Assembly (NCBI GenBank): GCA_963514005.1
Contig: OY740787.1
Location: 18,972,001-19,036,000 of the forward strand
Reading direction: 5' to 3'
Source: Raja brachyura
Lineage: Eukaryota
DNA: 64,000 nucleotides
Shown: one piece after another, positions 48,891 to 61,372 of the stretch
Position numbering within the stretch: position 1 is the first letter of the stretch
Layout of the letters: each line of letters opens with the position of its first letter
Program-made: the position numbers and the translations under genes
The notes under the pieces: generated by a model
Seen by the model: the letters and a program-made list of their open reading frames with translations, nothing else
Database searches by the model: none
What the model was told of the DNA's origin: nothing

Positions 48891-49850
48891 CAATTCATTT
48901 GTAAGCATCTTTGTTTTAAAGAATCCTGAACAACCTTTAGTTTATTAAGTTAATGCTAACCTTAAGTAGAAAATATACTAGCACTGCATTTTGGCAGTCT
49001 TATGAAAATCATTCTTCAAGCTTCCGCCTCCATATTATAATACAGCACCTGGAGAAAGACGTCAGACAGCAGTACATCACATCTTAATGCTACACAGCTC
49101 ACTGAAAAGATAATCCTAAATTTGATGGAGGTGATGTTTGTGTTTGAACTGGTACATATTTACTTATTGTGTGAATAGCTCACATTACATTTGAAATAAA
49201 AATAATTGATGATCTCAACTTAATAGTCACAAACAAACCACTGCCAAAACTCAGTTCTGATTATTACTCTATCATTTTGTTTGAGCCACCAACTCCTTCA
49301 TACTGATGGACACAAGGAATAATACTGGATTTTAAGCAAGTTTAATCACTTCCGTGCTTTTGTCTGCTTCATGGTATTGCTTGGTCTCATAAACGGTTCC
49401 AGATTTAGTTTTTCACTGAGATTCAATCACCACTTGAGCATGTGTGTAAAGGCCAAGATGTAAATACTTGTAGAGAAAATTCCATTCACATTCCCCAAAA
49501 TACAAACTTTTAACAGTTTTCTATTCAGATTTAAATCTAAGCCCTGGATATGAAATGAAGATGTATTATGATAGCAAAATGTGTTCAGAGACAAATACAA
49601 AAGTAAATTTCAATCAGAATGCAAAGTCAAGGTTCTTAAGATGTATTGATAATGGGACATGCAGCAAGCATATTTTATATCAAGAGTAAGGTTTTGGACG
49701 ATTTTAATTTGGAATTCTTTTCAAGGCTGCTTGTTATAGATGGAGTATATTTTTACTTTGTTCAAATTTCTGGGCTGTCTCAAATTATTTATTTGTTTGG
49801 GATGATGGGGAATGGAAAATGGGTCCAGTTTTTACAGCACACAAGCATAC

Positions 49851-49922
49851 CTCCTGATAGGTTGAGCAAGGAACAACGTTCGCGTCTGTGTAGATGTCCA
49901 TGGGATGGACCATCCTGCCCTC
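49851..49922 (-). CDS. MBD5: Candidate alternative 72-nt in-frame cassette exon of MBD5
   Basis: Acceptor ctatcctctcag| follows a pyrimidine-rich tract of about 76 nt with no AG. Donor GAG|GTATGC. Phase 1-1 and open in the MBD5 frame: GGQDGPSHGHLHRRERCSLLNLSG. No transcript evidence available. Confidence 0.5.
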
Positions 49923-51164
49923 CTGAGAGGATAGCATTAATGAGGGCAAGAAAATTGAGGAAAATGTTGTTACAAGATAAAAATTGACATAGCAAGAAAA
50001 CTGTTAATAATTATACACAAAGAGAAAAATATACCATTCCCTCCCACCATGGAATCTCTACATTTCATGTCATATAATTTAATTAGACAAACACAATGTG
50101 TCGATTAAGTGTACACTGTTCTCCTCATTTTGACCAGCTTTGTTGTGGCTGCTTTGTGCTGAAAACGCTATGTGAATGACACGCAGATTCCTTTGTCATT
50201 TAACTTGCTGCCATTTCCTCACACAAAGCAATCCAGCCAGTCTGTCCAAAATACGATCCCCAAACAGTTAAGCTTATTGAGACAATATGCAGTCAAGGTT
50301 GTGCAATACAACAAAACTGTTGATACATGGTCAGTGTTCCTAGAATACACAATTCCAAAGCTGTTAACAATTCAACTTGTCTTTCATAAAGCCTGGAAAT
50401 ATTAAATCTTTATACAGACTACATGGATCTTTGACTCTCCTGCCCCAACACAAGGTAGTAAACATTTAACTTTTGCATTTATTTTCACTGTGCAATACAT
50501 TAGTGATGAATCATAATTATTAACATGATTATCATAGTTTTTTTTAATGGAAGGTACTTTGTTGTAGGATTCTGGTTTCAAATGGTATGTGAATAAAAGT
50601 GGATAAACTCAATTCTAAATTAAAACAAGAATACTTTACATTAATTGCTCAACTGAAATGCAATTTTATATTTTTAATTCACAATAAAATCAAAAATTCA
50701 TATTCGCGTGGAAATGGTCGCTGTGAGGCTTCAAACACATTGAAACAGCAAAAGATTGGCTGTTTTTACTTATTATATACCAAGCACATAATCACATAAA
50801 TGAAACCGAATGAGCATAATGAAAATAAAATACAATGAAATTAATCAAATATTAAAAGGATCAGCAACATTAGGGCTTTGAGCTTACAATCCTGAAGAAA
50901 AGCATGCAAAATAACATAGAAAATACTTCCTGATCAAAACATTTGTATCGATGAATTGACACCATACTAGGATATAGTATCTAAACCTTTTGCAATTTAC
51001 AAAATGAACAAATTTAAGGAAATCGGATGATATAGAAAAACAGTACAATCCTTGTGCCACAAATGATAAACACTAATGGCAAATTATATACACAGTTGAA
51101 ACTTGAGCCAAAATTTGAAAATAACATAAAAAAAATAAATCAATGGATTAGTGTAAAACCATAC

Positions 51165-53255
51165 CTGTGTCAGCATTGGTTTGGCAACAAATGCCACTAC
51201 TGTTTGGTACCATTACTGAAGAGGCTGCAATTCTTGAATGATGGTTTGAATGCAAACTATTTCCCAAAGTCATTCCAGATTGGTGAAGCAGCCCACAATT
51301 GCCACCATCATGAGGCTGTCCAACTAACCCAACAAATTGATTGTTTAGGCCCTGACAACTGTGGATTAAACTACTATTTGTATTCTGGCAAGACATACCT
51401 TCCCCTCTTGTTAGATTTTGAGCTGATAGGTTATGAATGGAACCAGAGTTCAAACTAGTGTTTGAAAAATTATGTTGGTTGGTTGAACAAGAAATACCTG
51501 TCGTGGAACTACCACAACTAGCACTGCTATTGCCACTGATTTGAGAACTCTGTGAGCTCATTGACTGAAGTAACTGAGACATGGTGTTATTCATAGTCAC
51601 AGATGAATTCTGTCCTTGTTTCCTTAAAGAGTCAATCACAGACTTTGGAACTCCTGAGCTACTCATCTGAGACTGTTTCAGCATACTCAATACTGTCGGG
51701 GTAGCTTGCTTCCGCTTTCTTAAAGGATCCTTTTGCTGTGCCATTAGTTTGTCTCTCAGTGCTGCACGGCCACTTTGACCTTCATTCACTGAAAGCAGCA
51801 TGTTTGTAGTTGGTGGAAACATGGTATTTAAAGTGCTGTGTCCTTCACTATTGCCACCACTGCCAACAGCACCACTACTGTTACTACCAGACAGTTTGTT
51901 TTGATTAGCTAGCTGTGCTTTGGCTGCTGCTGAAAGTAAACTGCTTGCTGGAAATGAGGCAGCATTATGCTGGTTCAAAATTTGATTTAAGGGCATTCCT
52001 AGCAAACCTGGCTGACCCTTTTGTTGTTGAACATTTCCAACAGATACGGATGGAAACAGAAGGTTATTTTGAGGATTCAAAACGTTGTTCATTCCAACCA
52101 ACAGCTGATTAGAAATATCTTTGTATTGATGATGCCCATCAGGCTTAGTAGATGGACTGGATGGCATAGATGGCCGTGGAGAACCCATAGATGACCTTGG
52201 CGACCTTGGAGGAACCTTTATTCCACTGCAGCCAGATTGAGGTCCTGCAGGTGGCATCATTAAGCTTCCGTGATCAGATGATGTGGATGATGACCGAGAC
52301 CTTTGTGGTGACGCTTCAATTCTTCCCATTACAGATCCAATCATATGTACTGGAGAGGTAACTGGAGCAGGAGACACAGATGTGGAAGTTGAATGTTGAA
52401 CCCGTGGAACATGAGTTCCATGATTTACTGGGCCAGGTTTAACAGTTGGCAATGGTAGATTGCTTGGCAGAGGGACAACAGCAGGAGGCATGTTTACATT
52501 CATCATAGGTACCTGAGAGTGCATGGTTGTCTGGAAATTAGATGTATTCATAAGTACTGGATTAGGTTTACTTGGTATAGGATCAAGGATACCTAATGGA
52601 TCTTTTTCTGAGGGCAATGACTTTTTCTGGAGAGCACACGGTGTTGGGGGTCCTTGGGGAGGTTTGTGAAACATAATTCGTGGCATATCCATATTCGATG
52701 AATAATTACAAGATAGTTTTTTCATTACTGGGCTTTTTGTAGTCATTGTCGGTGAAAGAGGTATAGAAGTCCTACCAGCCATAGCACAGGATGAGTGGGT
52801 TGAAGAATTCTGCATCAGAACTGTGGGTGGGGAATGGGGTATTCTATTAATGTGAATTGGGCTGGAGTTTGGCCCAGCATGAAAGCCTGGATTACTTCGC
52901 GTAAACACGTCAGGACTTCCCATTGTATCAGTCCGTGGAGATATAGAACCATCTCCATATATCTGTGATCCTGATGATGCTGGGCTAGAAAGACCACCAT
53001 GACTTCCGCGATATGGAGACTTCTGTCCTTGATCATTGCTACCCAGCCTTTGCCTGGAATAGCCATGAAGTTCTTGTTGGGGGCTTCCACATAGGTCCTG
53101 TTGATAAAGCCGTGATGCAGCATTTGGACCCCCCATCAATTTAGGCAGAAATGTGTTCTTGTAGTCTGGCACCGAAGAATTTGTTATTACTTCTTGTGAC
53201 TTATTTCTCGTTGCTCTAGGAGTTGCAGCCCGAGATTGTACCATAGGAGCGCCAC
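51165..53255 (-). CDS. MBD5: MBD5 large Pro/Ser-rich coding exon (2091 bp)
   Basis: Lies within ORF 51148..53274. Acceptor ttttcag|GT, donor G|GTATGG, phase 1-1. Motifs [35 protein letters not shown] and [27 protein letters not shown] are characteristic of MBD5. Confidence 0.96.
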
Positions 53256-54402
53256 CTGAAAATAACATATTCATATTGAATAAAGTACAAGACTGATCAA
53301 TCTATTAAGGGGTCTATTTTCATCTTATTGCTCATACCTCTATCCTTACTTTGCTCCACTGTGTCCGAGTTAAAACTGACCGACATCTGAAATAAATTTG
53401 GGCACGCTGAAGTTTTTTTTGGGGGGGGGGGTTGGTGATTCAAAGATTGGAAGGTTTGGTGGAGAAAATTCAGAAATTGGAAGATGGCAAGAAAACCAGC
53501 CAGATTCTCATGAATGACTGACTGCTGGTTGGCAATTTTGGTTGGATTATGGGCATACGAACAGCAGGCATGTGGCCTCATGACTGAACATCCTATTAAC
53601 AATTGCAACCCGTGACATGAGAGGACTTTGTTTACTAGATAGTTGTGAGAAATTCAAAGGCCGTTGCCACTTCTTTCTGTGAACTCTCACAAACGTGTGT
53701 TACTTCTTTCATGAATGGAGGGGAGAACATTAGAAAAGGAAAATACAACATAAATAGTTCTGCTGAAATAACCGGAATGGGCCAATCAATATTTGAAATG
53801 CATCCACAAAAAATACATCGGTTAAAATAGTTACTGAGAAATTGTGTGTAAGGAAAGTTAATAATAATGTTAAGACAGTCTTATAGTAAATTGTACTTCT
53901 GGCAATTTCACTGTGTGTTCTATTCAAATATGTGGATTATTACATAAGGTCACATAAAATAATTTTTTAAATACACAAATGAATGGCACATTTTTAAATG
54001 GCACACTCTTCAATTTTAGCTGCAGTAAAATCAGACACTTGTTTTAATAAAGCCCCTTTATCCAGACAACATGATAAAGGTATTTCCAAATATCTATTGC
54101 CAACACCACAGAATGCATTGTACATTACCAGCTGCCGTGTGCTGTCATAAACCCCTCCCCATCAGTCAATTTAGATACAATAGCTTAGTGATTATCCCGA
54201 AGGCCACAAGTTCAAGTGCCAGAGGGGCAAATGGCAAAATAATGAAAATTCAGTAACCTCTGGGTTTACTCAGACAATGAGCACAAAGGCTGCTGGATTG
54301 TTCTAAAAAACCATAATGGTTCGCTCATGTACTTCGGAGAAATAATACGCCAGATTCTATCAGTAACATGAATCCAATTATTAACATTGTTATTTATTTG
54401 TA

Positions 54403-55512
54403 ATAGAAACATAGAAACATAGAAAATAGGTGCAGGAGTAGGCCATTCGGCCCTTCGAGCCTGCACCGCCATTCAATGTGATCATGGCTGATCATCCAAC
54501 TCAGTATCCCGTACCTGCCTTCTCTCCATACCCCCTGATCCCTTTAGCCACAAGTGCCACATCTAACGCCCTCTTAAATATAGCCAATGAACTGGCCTCA
54601 ACTACCTTCTGTGGCAGAGAATTCCAGAGACTCACCACTCTCTGTGTAAAGAATGTTTTCCTCATTTCGGTCCTAAAGGAATTCCCCCTTATCCTTAGAC
54701 TGTGACCCCTTGTTCTGGACTCCCCCAACATCGGGAACAATCTTCCAGCATCTAGCTTGTCCAACCCCTTAAGAATTTTGTAGGTTTCTATAAGATCCCC
54801 CCTCAATCTTCTAAATTCCATCGAGTACAAACCGAGTCTATCCAATCTTTCCTCATATGAAAGTCCTGACATCCCAGGAATCAGCCTGGTGAATCTTCTC
54901 TGTACCCCCTCTATGGCAAGGATGTCTTTCCTCAGATTTGGAGACCAAAACTGTACGCAGTACTCCAGGTGTGGCCTCACCAAAACCCTGTACAACTGCA
55001 GTAGAACCTCCCTGCTCCTATACTCAAATCCTTTCGCTATGAATGCATGCCTACTTTCAATGACTGGTGTACCATGACACCCAGGTCTCGTTGCATCTCC
55101 CCCTTACCTAATCTGCCACCATTCAGATAATAGTCTACCCTCATGTTTTTGCCACCAAAGTGGATAACCTCACATTTATCCACATTGTACTGCATCTGCC
55201 ATGCATCTGCCCATTCACTCAGCCTATCCAAATCACCCTGCAGCCTCCAAGCATCCTCCGCACACCTAACTATACCCCCCAGCTTGGTATCATCTGCAAA
55301 TTTGGAGATGTTGCATTGAATTCCCTCGTCCAAATCATTAATATATATTGCAAATAGCTGGGGTCCCAGCACTGAGCCTTGCGGCACCCCACTAGTCACT
55401 GCCTGCCATTCTGAAAAGGACCCGTTTACTCCTACCCTTTGCCTCCTGTCTGCTAGCCAGTTCTCTATCCACATCAATACTGAACCCCCAATACCGTGTG
55501 CTTTAAGTTTGT
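54403..55512 (-). mobile_element. Young 5'-truncated CR1 LINE
   Basis: ORFs 54501..54995 and 55037..55528. Almost identical to 3648-4669 apart from an internal deletion near 55046. Confidence 0.94.
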
Positions 55513-55554
55513 AATGCTGCAGGGCCAACTATAAATGGGAGATGAAATGGAGAG

Positions 55555-55785
55555 ACACTCTTCGGCCAACGTTCACATTAACTAACAAGCACCCATTTAC
55601 GCTAACCCTATTTTATTCTCCTCCCATTCCCATCTACCGCCAGATTCCACCAATCACCTACAATCAGACAATTTAAAGTCGCTATTTAATCTAACAATCA
55701 GCATGTCATTGAGATGTGTTAGGATGATGGAGTACTCGGAAGAAACTAACAGTCACAAGGGAAATGTGCGAATTTCACTCAGGCA
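55555..55785 (-). mobile_element. Decayed V-SINE fragment
   Basis: GGAGTACTCGGAAGAAACTAACAGTCACAAGGGAAATGTGCGAAT resembles the reverse complement of the SINE core at 7950-8000. Confidence 0.5.
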
Positions 55786-56521
55786 GAAGCAGCATTATCT
55801 GAATGGTGTCTCGTAAGGAAACGGCGAAGTACAACGAGACCTGGGTGTCCCAGGACACGTCACTGAAAGTAAGCATACAGGTACAACAGGCAGTGAAGAA
55901 AGTTAATGGCATGTTGGCCGTCATAACGAGATTACTTGAGTAGAGGAGCAAAGAGGTCCTTCTGCAGTTGTACAAGGCACTGGTGAGACCACACCTGTAG
56001 TATTGTGTGCAGTTTTGCTCTCCTAATTTGAGGAAGGACATTCTTGCTATTGAGGGAGTGCAGCGTAGGTTCATGAGGTTAATTCCCATTATAAGATGAA
56101 AGAATGGGGTGACTGGGCTTGTATTCATTGGAATTTAGGATGAGAGGGGTTTCTTATAGAAACATATAAAATTATGTAGGGATTGGACACACTAGATTCA
56201 GGAAACATGTTCCTGATATTGGGGGAGTCCAGAGCCAGGGGCCACAGTTTAAGAATAAGGGGTAAGCCATTTAGAACTGAGATGAGGAAAAAGATTTTCA
56301 CACAGATAGTTGTGAATTTGTGGCATTCTCTTCCCGAGAAGGCAGTGGAGGCCAATTCCCCGGATGCATTCAAAAGAGAGTTAGATAGAGCTCTTAGGGC
56401 TAGCAGAATCAAGGGGTATGTGGAGAAGGCAGGAACGGGGTACTGATTGTGGATGATCAGCCATGATCACATTGAATGGCTCATTGGCAGGAATGGACTA
56501 CCCCTGCACCTATTGTCTATG
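55786..56521 (+). mobile_element. CR1 3' fragment
   Basis: ORF 56183..56446 GESRARGHSLRIRGKPFRTEMRK...AGTGY, followed by a CR1 tail. Confidence 0.9.
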
Positions 56522-57105
56522 TAACACTATGCCATCTTATCCTGACACAGCAGTAACAACATATTATGGTTACCAGAAGCTTTCTTTTTTAATGATATTT
56601 CTTTATTTGAATTTAAATTGTCCCAGTTTTGTGATGGAAATCAAATGTATGTCTCCAGATGAAATATCCTTTTCTGGTTGCTAATTCATTAACTTTACCT
56701 TTGAGCTATTGTACCCCAATTCTCATTCACTCTATTTTTTTCCTGCAATACCAGCAGTCACTTGATTTAATAAAGACTCCCTTACCCAGTTCATGAGGCA
56801 AAGCAGTATTTTTTTTTAAATTCCCATTAACTGCACTAAATTATATTGCAACAACAGTTGCTGCTTTCTTTCATACACTCATTCCGTCTAAACACCAGTT
56901 TAAAACATTGCAAATTTTGTTTATCAACTATTAATGTTTGTTAATTAAAAGAATCTTGTCAATATTACACATTATAGCTTCTACGCTGTTTCAAGAAAAT
57001 CATAGGTATACTCTATTGTTATAAGAAAGTAAACTATAATATAAATGTCAAAGAGCGATTGAGTCTTAAACGGATTGAATGTTACTGGATTTTTAAAAAA
57101 CTTAC

Positions 57106-57286
57106 TTGTTCCACCACCTGGGCTTGTTAAAAGCAAGGAAGGATGTGGTGTTTCGATACTTCTATGTAGTGTAGCTACAGCAATGATTTTTCGTTTATGA
57201 ATGCAAAGTTTTGTCAAATCTTCATCGGCCTTCACATCCTCTGCTGTTCTTTGTTTGACGGTTGCTCCAGGGTCAAAAGTGAATAC
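57106..57286 (-). CDS. MBD5: MBD5 coding exon (181 bp)
   Basis: Acceptor tttaag|GTA and donor A|GTAAG. Translates [60 protein letters not shown]. Phase 0 to 1 fits both neighbouring exons. Confidence 0.95.
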
Positions 57287-58035
57287 CTTAAATCAAGATA
57301 ATGCTTGTGTTACTAATTCACTGTTCCAACATTAATTCTGAAAGTTGTGACACTCACAGGGGAAAGTAAATTACTTTGGGGACCAGCACTTTATGTAAAC
57401 ATGATATTTTGCAACCACTAAGTACATCTTCGGCCAATCTGCTGCAGATGTGTAAAATGGGACAGCTATTTTTTTTAATATGCCTCCAACAATATCCCAG
57501 ATGTTATATGTAGCGAGTGATGAAACATAAAACTTACACCCAACAGTTGGTAACTTCTGTATGTTTGCCAAAGGTAACATCATTGCAGGATTTATTATAA
57601 TGAAATAGGAAATGCTTAATAAGAGACATAGGAGCACTCAGCCGGTTGCATCTGCTCTGCCATTCAATCATGGCTGATCTATTTTTCCCTCTCAACCCCA
57701 TTCTCCTGCCTTCTCCCTATGTCAGACAGTGCTGGTTGAGAGAGAAACAGATCATCTCCCTTTGTCCCTTTTCCAATTAACGTTCGGGTACATAGCCAGG
57801 ACTCATGGTGACTTAGGCTGCATTTTAATTAATCCAAGTGAAATTGTTCAAAAGTGGATTGTATGTGCAGGACAGGACAAGATCAAAGTGAACAAGACTT
57901 TGCTTGTAATGTCATTTGTAGATGGAGATGAATTAAAAAAAACAAAAACATTTTTGTATTATATAACCTAAAATGTATTCTCTGTTCAATTTCCTTGCAA
58001 ATTATAATACAACAGCAGGATAAAGGTTAGCGCTG

Positions 58036-58800
58036 GGTAGACAAACGTACTGGAGAAACTCAGCGGGTGCAGCAGCATCTATGGAACGAAGGAAATAGGC
58101 AACGTTTTGGGGCTGATACCCTTCTTCAGATGGGGGGGGGGGGGGGGGGAGGGAGAAGAAAGGAAAAAGGAGGAGCCCGAGGACTGAGGGAGAGCGAGGA
58201 AGGGGAGTAGGCAGTAAGGGCTACAGGAATTGGGAGAATTCAATGTTTATGCCACTAGGGTGCAGACCGCCCAAGCGGAATATGAGGTGCTGTTCCTCCA
58301 ATTTCCGGTGGAGCTCACTCTGGCCATGGAGGAGGCCCAGGACACAGAGGTTGGATTCGGAATGGGAGGGGGAGTTGAAGTGCTGAGCCACCGGGAGGCC
58401 AGGTTGGTTAATTGGGACCGAGCGGAGGTGTTCGGCTAAATGATTTCCAAGCGTACGCTTGGTCTCACCCATGTAGATCAGCTGACATCTAGAGCAGCGG
58501 ATGCAATAGATGAGGTTGGAGGAGATGCAGATGCAGATGAGAACCTCCGTCGCACCTGGAACGACTGCATGGGTCCTTGAATGGAGTCGAGGGGGGAGGT
58601 AAAGCGACAATTGTAGCATCTCTTGCGGTCGCAAAGGAAAGTGCCCGGGGAGGGGGTGGTGCGGGAGGGAAGGGAAAAATTGACAAGGGAGTTACGGAGG
58701 GAGCGGTCTTTGCGGAAAGCAGATGGGGGGGAGATGGGGCGATGTGGCAAGTGGTGGGGTCACGTTGGAGGTGGTGAAACTGATGGAGGACTATTTGTTG
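58036..58800 (-). mobile_element. Penelope-like 3' fragment with GIY-YIG endonuclease
   Basis: ORF 58221..58634 NLIYCIRCSRCQLIYMGETKR...LEEQHLIFRLG. A decayed hammerhead-like core lies at about 58101-58128. Confidence 0.88.
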
Positions 58801-60326
58801 TAAACTTGAGTAAAGTTAGCACTGTTTGTTTTCATGCATGATATGGATACATCTGTTTTTATTCTCATGAATACTATCAGTTTTGCTTGGCAAAAGTATT
58901 TTTCATGTATCTTCTTGGCAATAATTCTAAGGGGAACATGATTCATGAAACAGGCAATGAGTAAATCAAATTCAGTATTTCTGGTGGTTGTTGAGATAAA
59001 AAAAAACGTTTGGATATGGATTACACCACTTGAGCACCTCTATTTCTTTTAAGCAGCTAGTAAAGAGGTGCTTTCTGGAACTGCTGCAGTCCTGCTGTTC
59101 TAAGAAAAAAGTTCTAAGATTTAAAGCAAAGTTACAAATATTAAGGAAAAGCATCTCAAGCATTAATAATTCCAGATTTAAAAAGGACATTGATTTCACA
59201 TCTTCACATTATTAAACCACTTCATGGTGAATGAACTGAATCACAGATCTGATGAAAGAAAACAAACCTGCCAATTTGTACACTGTCAGAATGAATGAGT
59301 GATGAGGTGAATAATCAGCTAACCTATTTTTAAAATGAAGTAATGTTAGTTGTTCTTCCTTGAATAATGCAATGGAATCTTTAATGAAGCTGATTGACAT
59401 TTGGACCACTGTGCAAAAAAATACTTTCACATACCATTAAAAAATTATTATTAAAAGCATAATGATTTGTTACCTAAAAAGGAGAGAAGAAGAGCTGCGA
59501 AAGAAAGACAAATCTACAATGCATTTAGAATTTAAGCCTGGACATCTCAATTCATGCTAGAGATCCTCGGTATTATAAAGTTGACATTAGATGAATTGTT
59601 GAGTAAACTGAGCAATGAGGAACTGGACTATTTTGTACTGAAGATTCTCTCTGGAACCTTAACCTAAAGAGGTCCTTCTAAAGCCCCTAATACGAAGTGT
59701 CTTTTTGATTATTTCCCCCTCCACTGGGCAGCAATAAAAGTTTCAGTCTCTGATAACTATTTGTCCTCCTCTGCCAAGCTCTCTCTATTATTACAAACTT
59801 AAAGACCATTTTGGTCAGTCCTATTCTGAGCTTTCCTCTACTTGCTACTGTCGAGTTGTCTCAATGTTTTATAATTGTGACCACGTATCTTACTGACTTT
59901 CTCGAGCAGGCATTTAAAACAATGTTCATCTTCCTCATTCCCCCCTCTCTTTCTCGCTACATTCAACTCAGTAAAGCATTATATATCATTCCTTCCTCAT
60001 CGCCATTATCCTTTTATTAATTTGAAAAGCTTTGTGGCACACTATATTACTTATCCTTGCATTTCACTGTTAGTTTCTCAATTCTTTATAAAGGGCACAT
60101 GGTCAATCAGCTTTGTAATGCTTTCTCTAAACTTAAGCAGCACCTGATGCGATCTCTTAATGGAGTTAACTGGAATCTATGTAATTTTGATGTGTTGATG
60201 CTTAAAATATGTAATATTTGCATTTTGTATGGTGCAAATAAATTGTCCTTGTTTTTCTATTAGTCATATTATAAAGGAATACATTTGATTAGTTGTCAAA
60301 AATGAGAAAACTCAATTTCCTATTAC

Positions 60327-60429
60327 CTTTGAAAGAATAAGAGGACACTCCAAGCCACATTTGCAAGTTCCATCAGTAAGTAGATATGTTTTAACTTGCT
60401 CGATGCAGGCCAATACTGAGCCACTTGGA
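60327..60429 (-). CDS. MBD5: MBD5 coding exon (103 bp), C-terminal half of the MBD domain
   Basis: Acceptor tttttctttag|T and donor AAG|GTAATA. Translates (S)[34 protein letters not shown], close to the vertebrate MBD5 MBD segment [35 protein letters not shown] as recalled. Absent from the ORF track. Confidence 0.95.
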
Positions 60430-60994
60430 CTAAAGAAAAAAAGGAAAAACAAAAACATTGTGAAGTTCTGCACATATACACGTTACCACTGCGAAAGTTT
60501 GATGCTAATCTATTTTAACCAACCTGGATTTGTTGGCCAAAATGGCACACTTCAAAACAGTTTGAAGTTGCAAAAGTGAGAGCACGAGGAGGTTACAGAG
60601 TCAAATTGGATGAAATTGCTGAAGGACCTTAGGTTAGGGCAACATACAAAGCAGTGAGAAATAAATCAGAGAAAAGCAGTGTAGTTAAGTGCGATGTAGG
60701 CTAGAATAAGCTAGACTGAAAGCTGAAATGGGTGGGCAGTCTAATAAGGAAAGGATAGACAGACTAGGTTTCTAGCTAGGAGTTTAAAAGATAGGGCTTG
60801 ACCACAACACACAGGAACTCGAGAAGTTTTGATAGAGGGATGTCTGTTTAACAATAAAGGGTCCTCTACCTTGAAAGGCATGGGGAAGCAGATTTTTTCC
60901 CCCCCTCTATCAGCAAGTTACAAATCTTTTGTCTAAGGACAGTGGAAACAGATGCTGAATTTTTAAGGCAGCTTCAGGTAGATTCTTAATATCA

Positions 60995-61372
60995 AGTTCA
61001 TAAGTCATAGGAACAGAATTAGGCCATTCTACTCTACCATTCAATCATGGCTGATCTATTTCCCTCTCAACCCTATTCTTCTGTCTTCTCCCCACAACCT
61101 TATCAATTAAGAACCTGCCAATTTCTGCTTTACAAATACCCATAGACTTGGCTTCCCAAGCCACAATGCACAGATTCACCACCCTCTGGCTGAAGAAATT
61201 CCTCCTCATTTCCTTTATAAAGATATGTCCTTTTATTGAAGATTGGACCCCAGCGTGTGCAGGCCCAGAGACATCAAATGTTCATCATACGTTAAACCAA
61301 TTATCCCCGGGATAACTCTCGTAACACTCCTTTAAACCCTCTCTAACGCCCGCACATAGCCTCCTCTGATAT
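60995..61372 (-). mobile_element. Old CR1 3' fragment; it continues at about 63828-63880 after the Penelope insertion
   Basis: CCATTCAATCATGGCTGATCT...AGATTCACCACCCTCTGG matches a reverse-complement CR1 tail. Confidence 0.7.
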
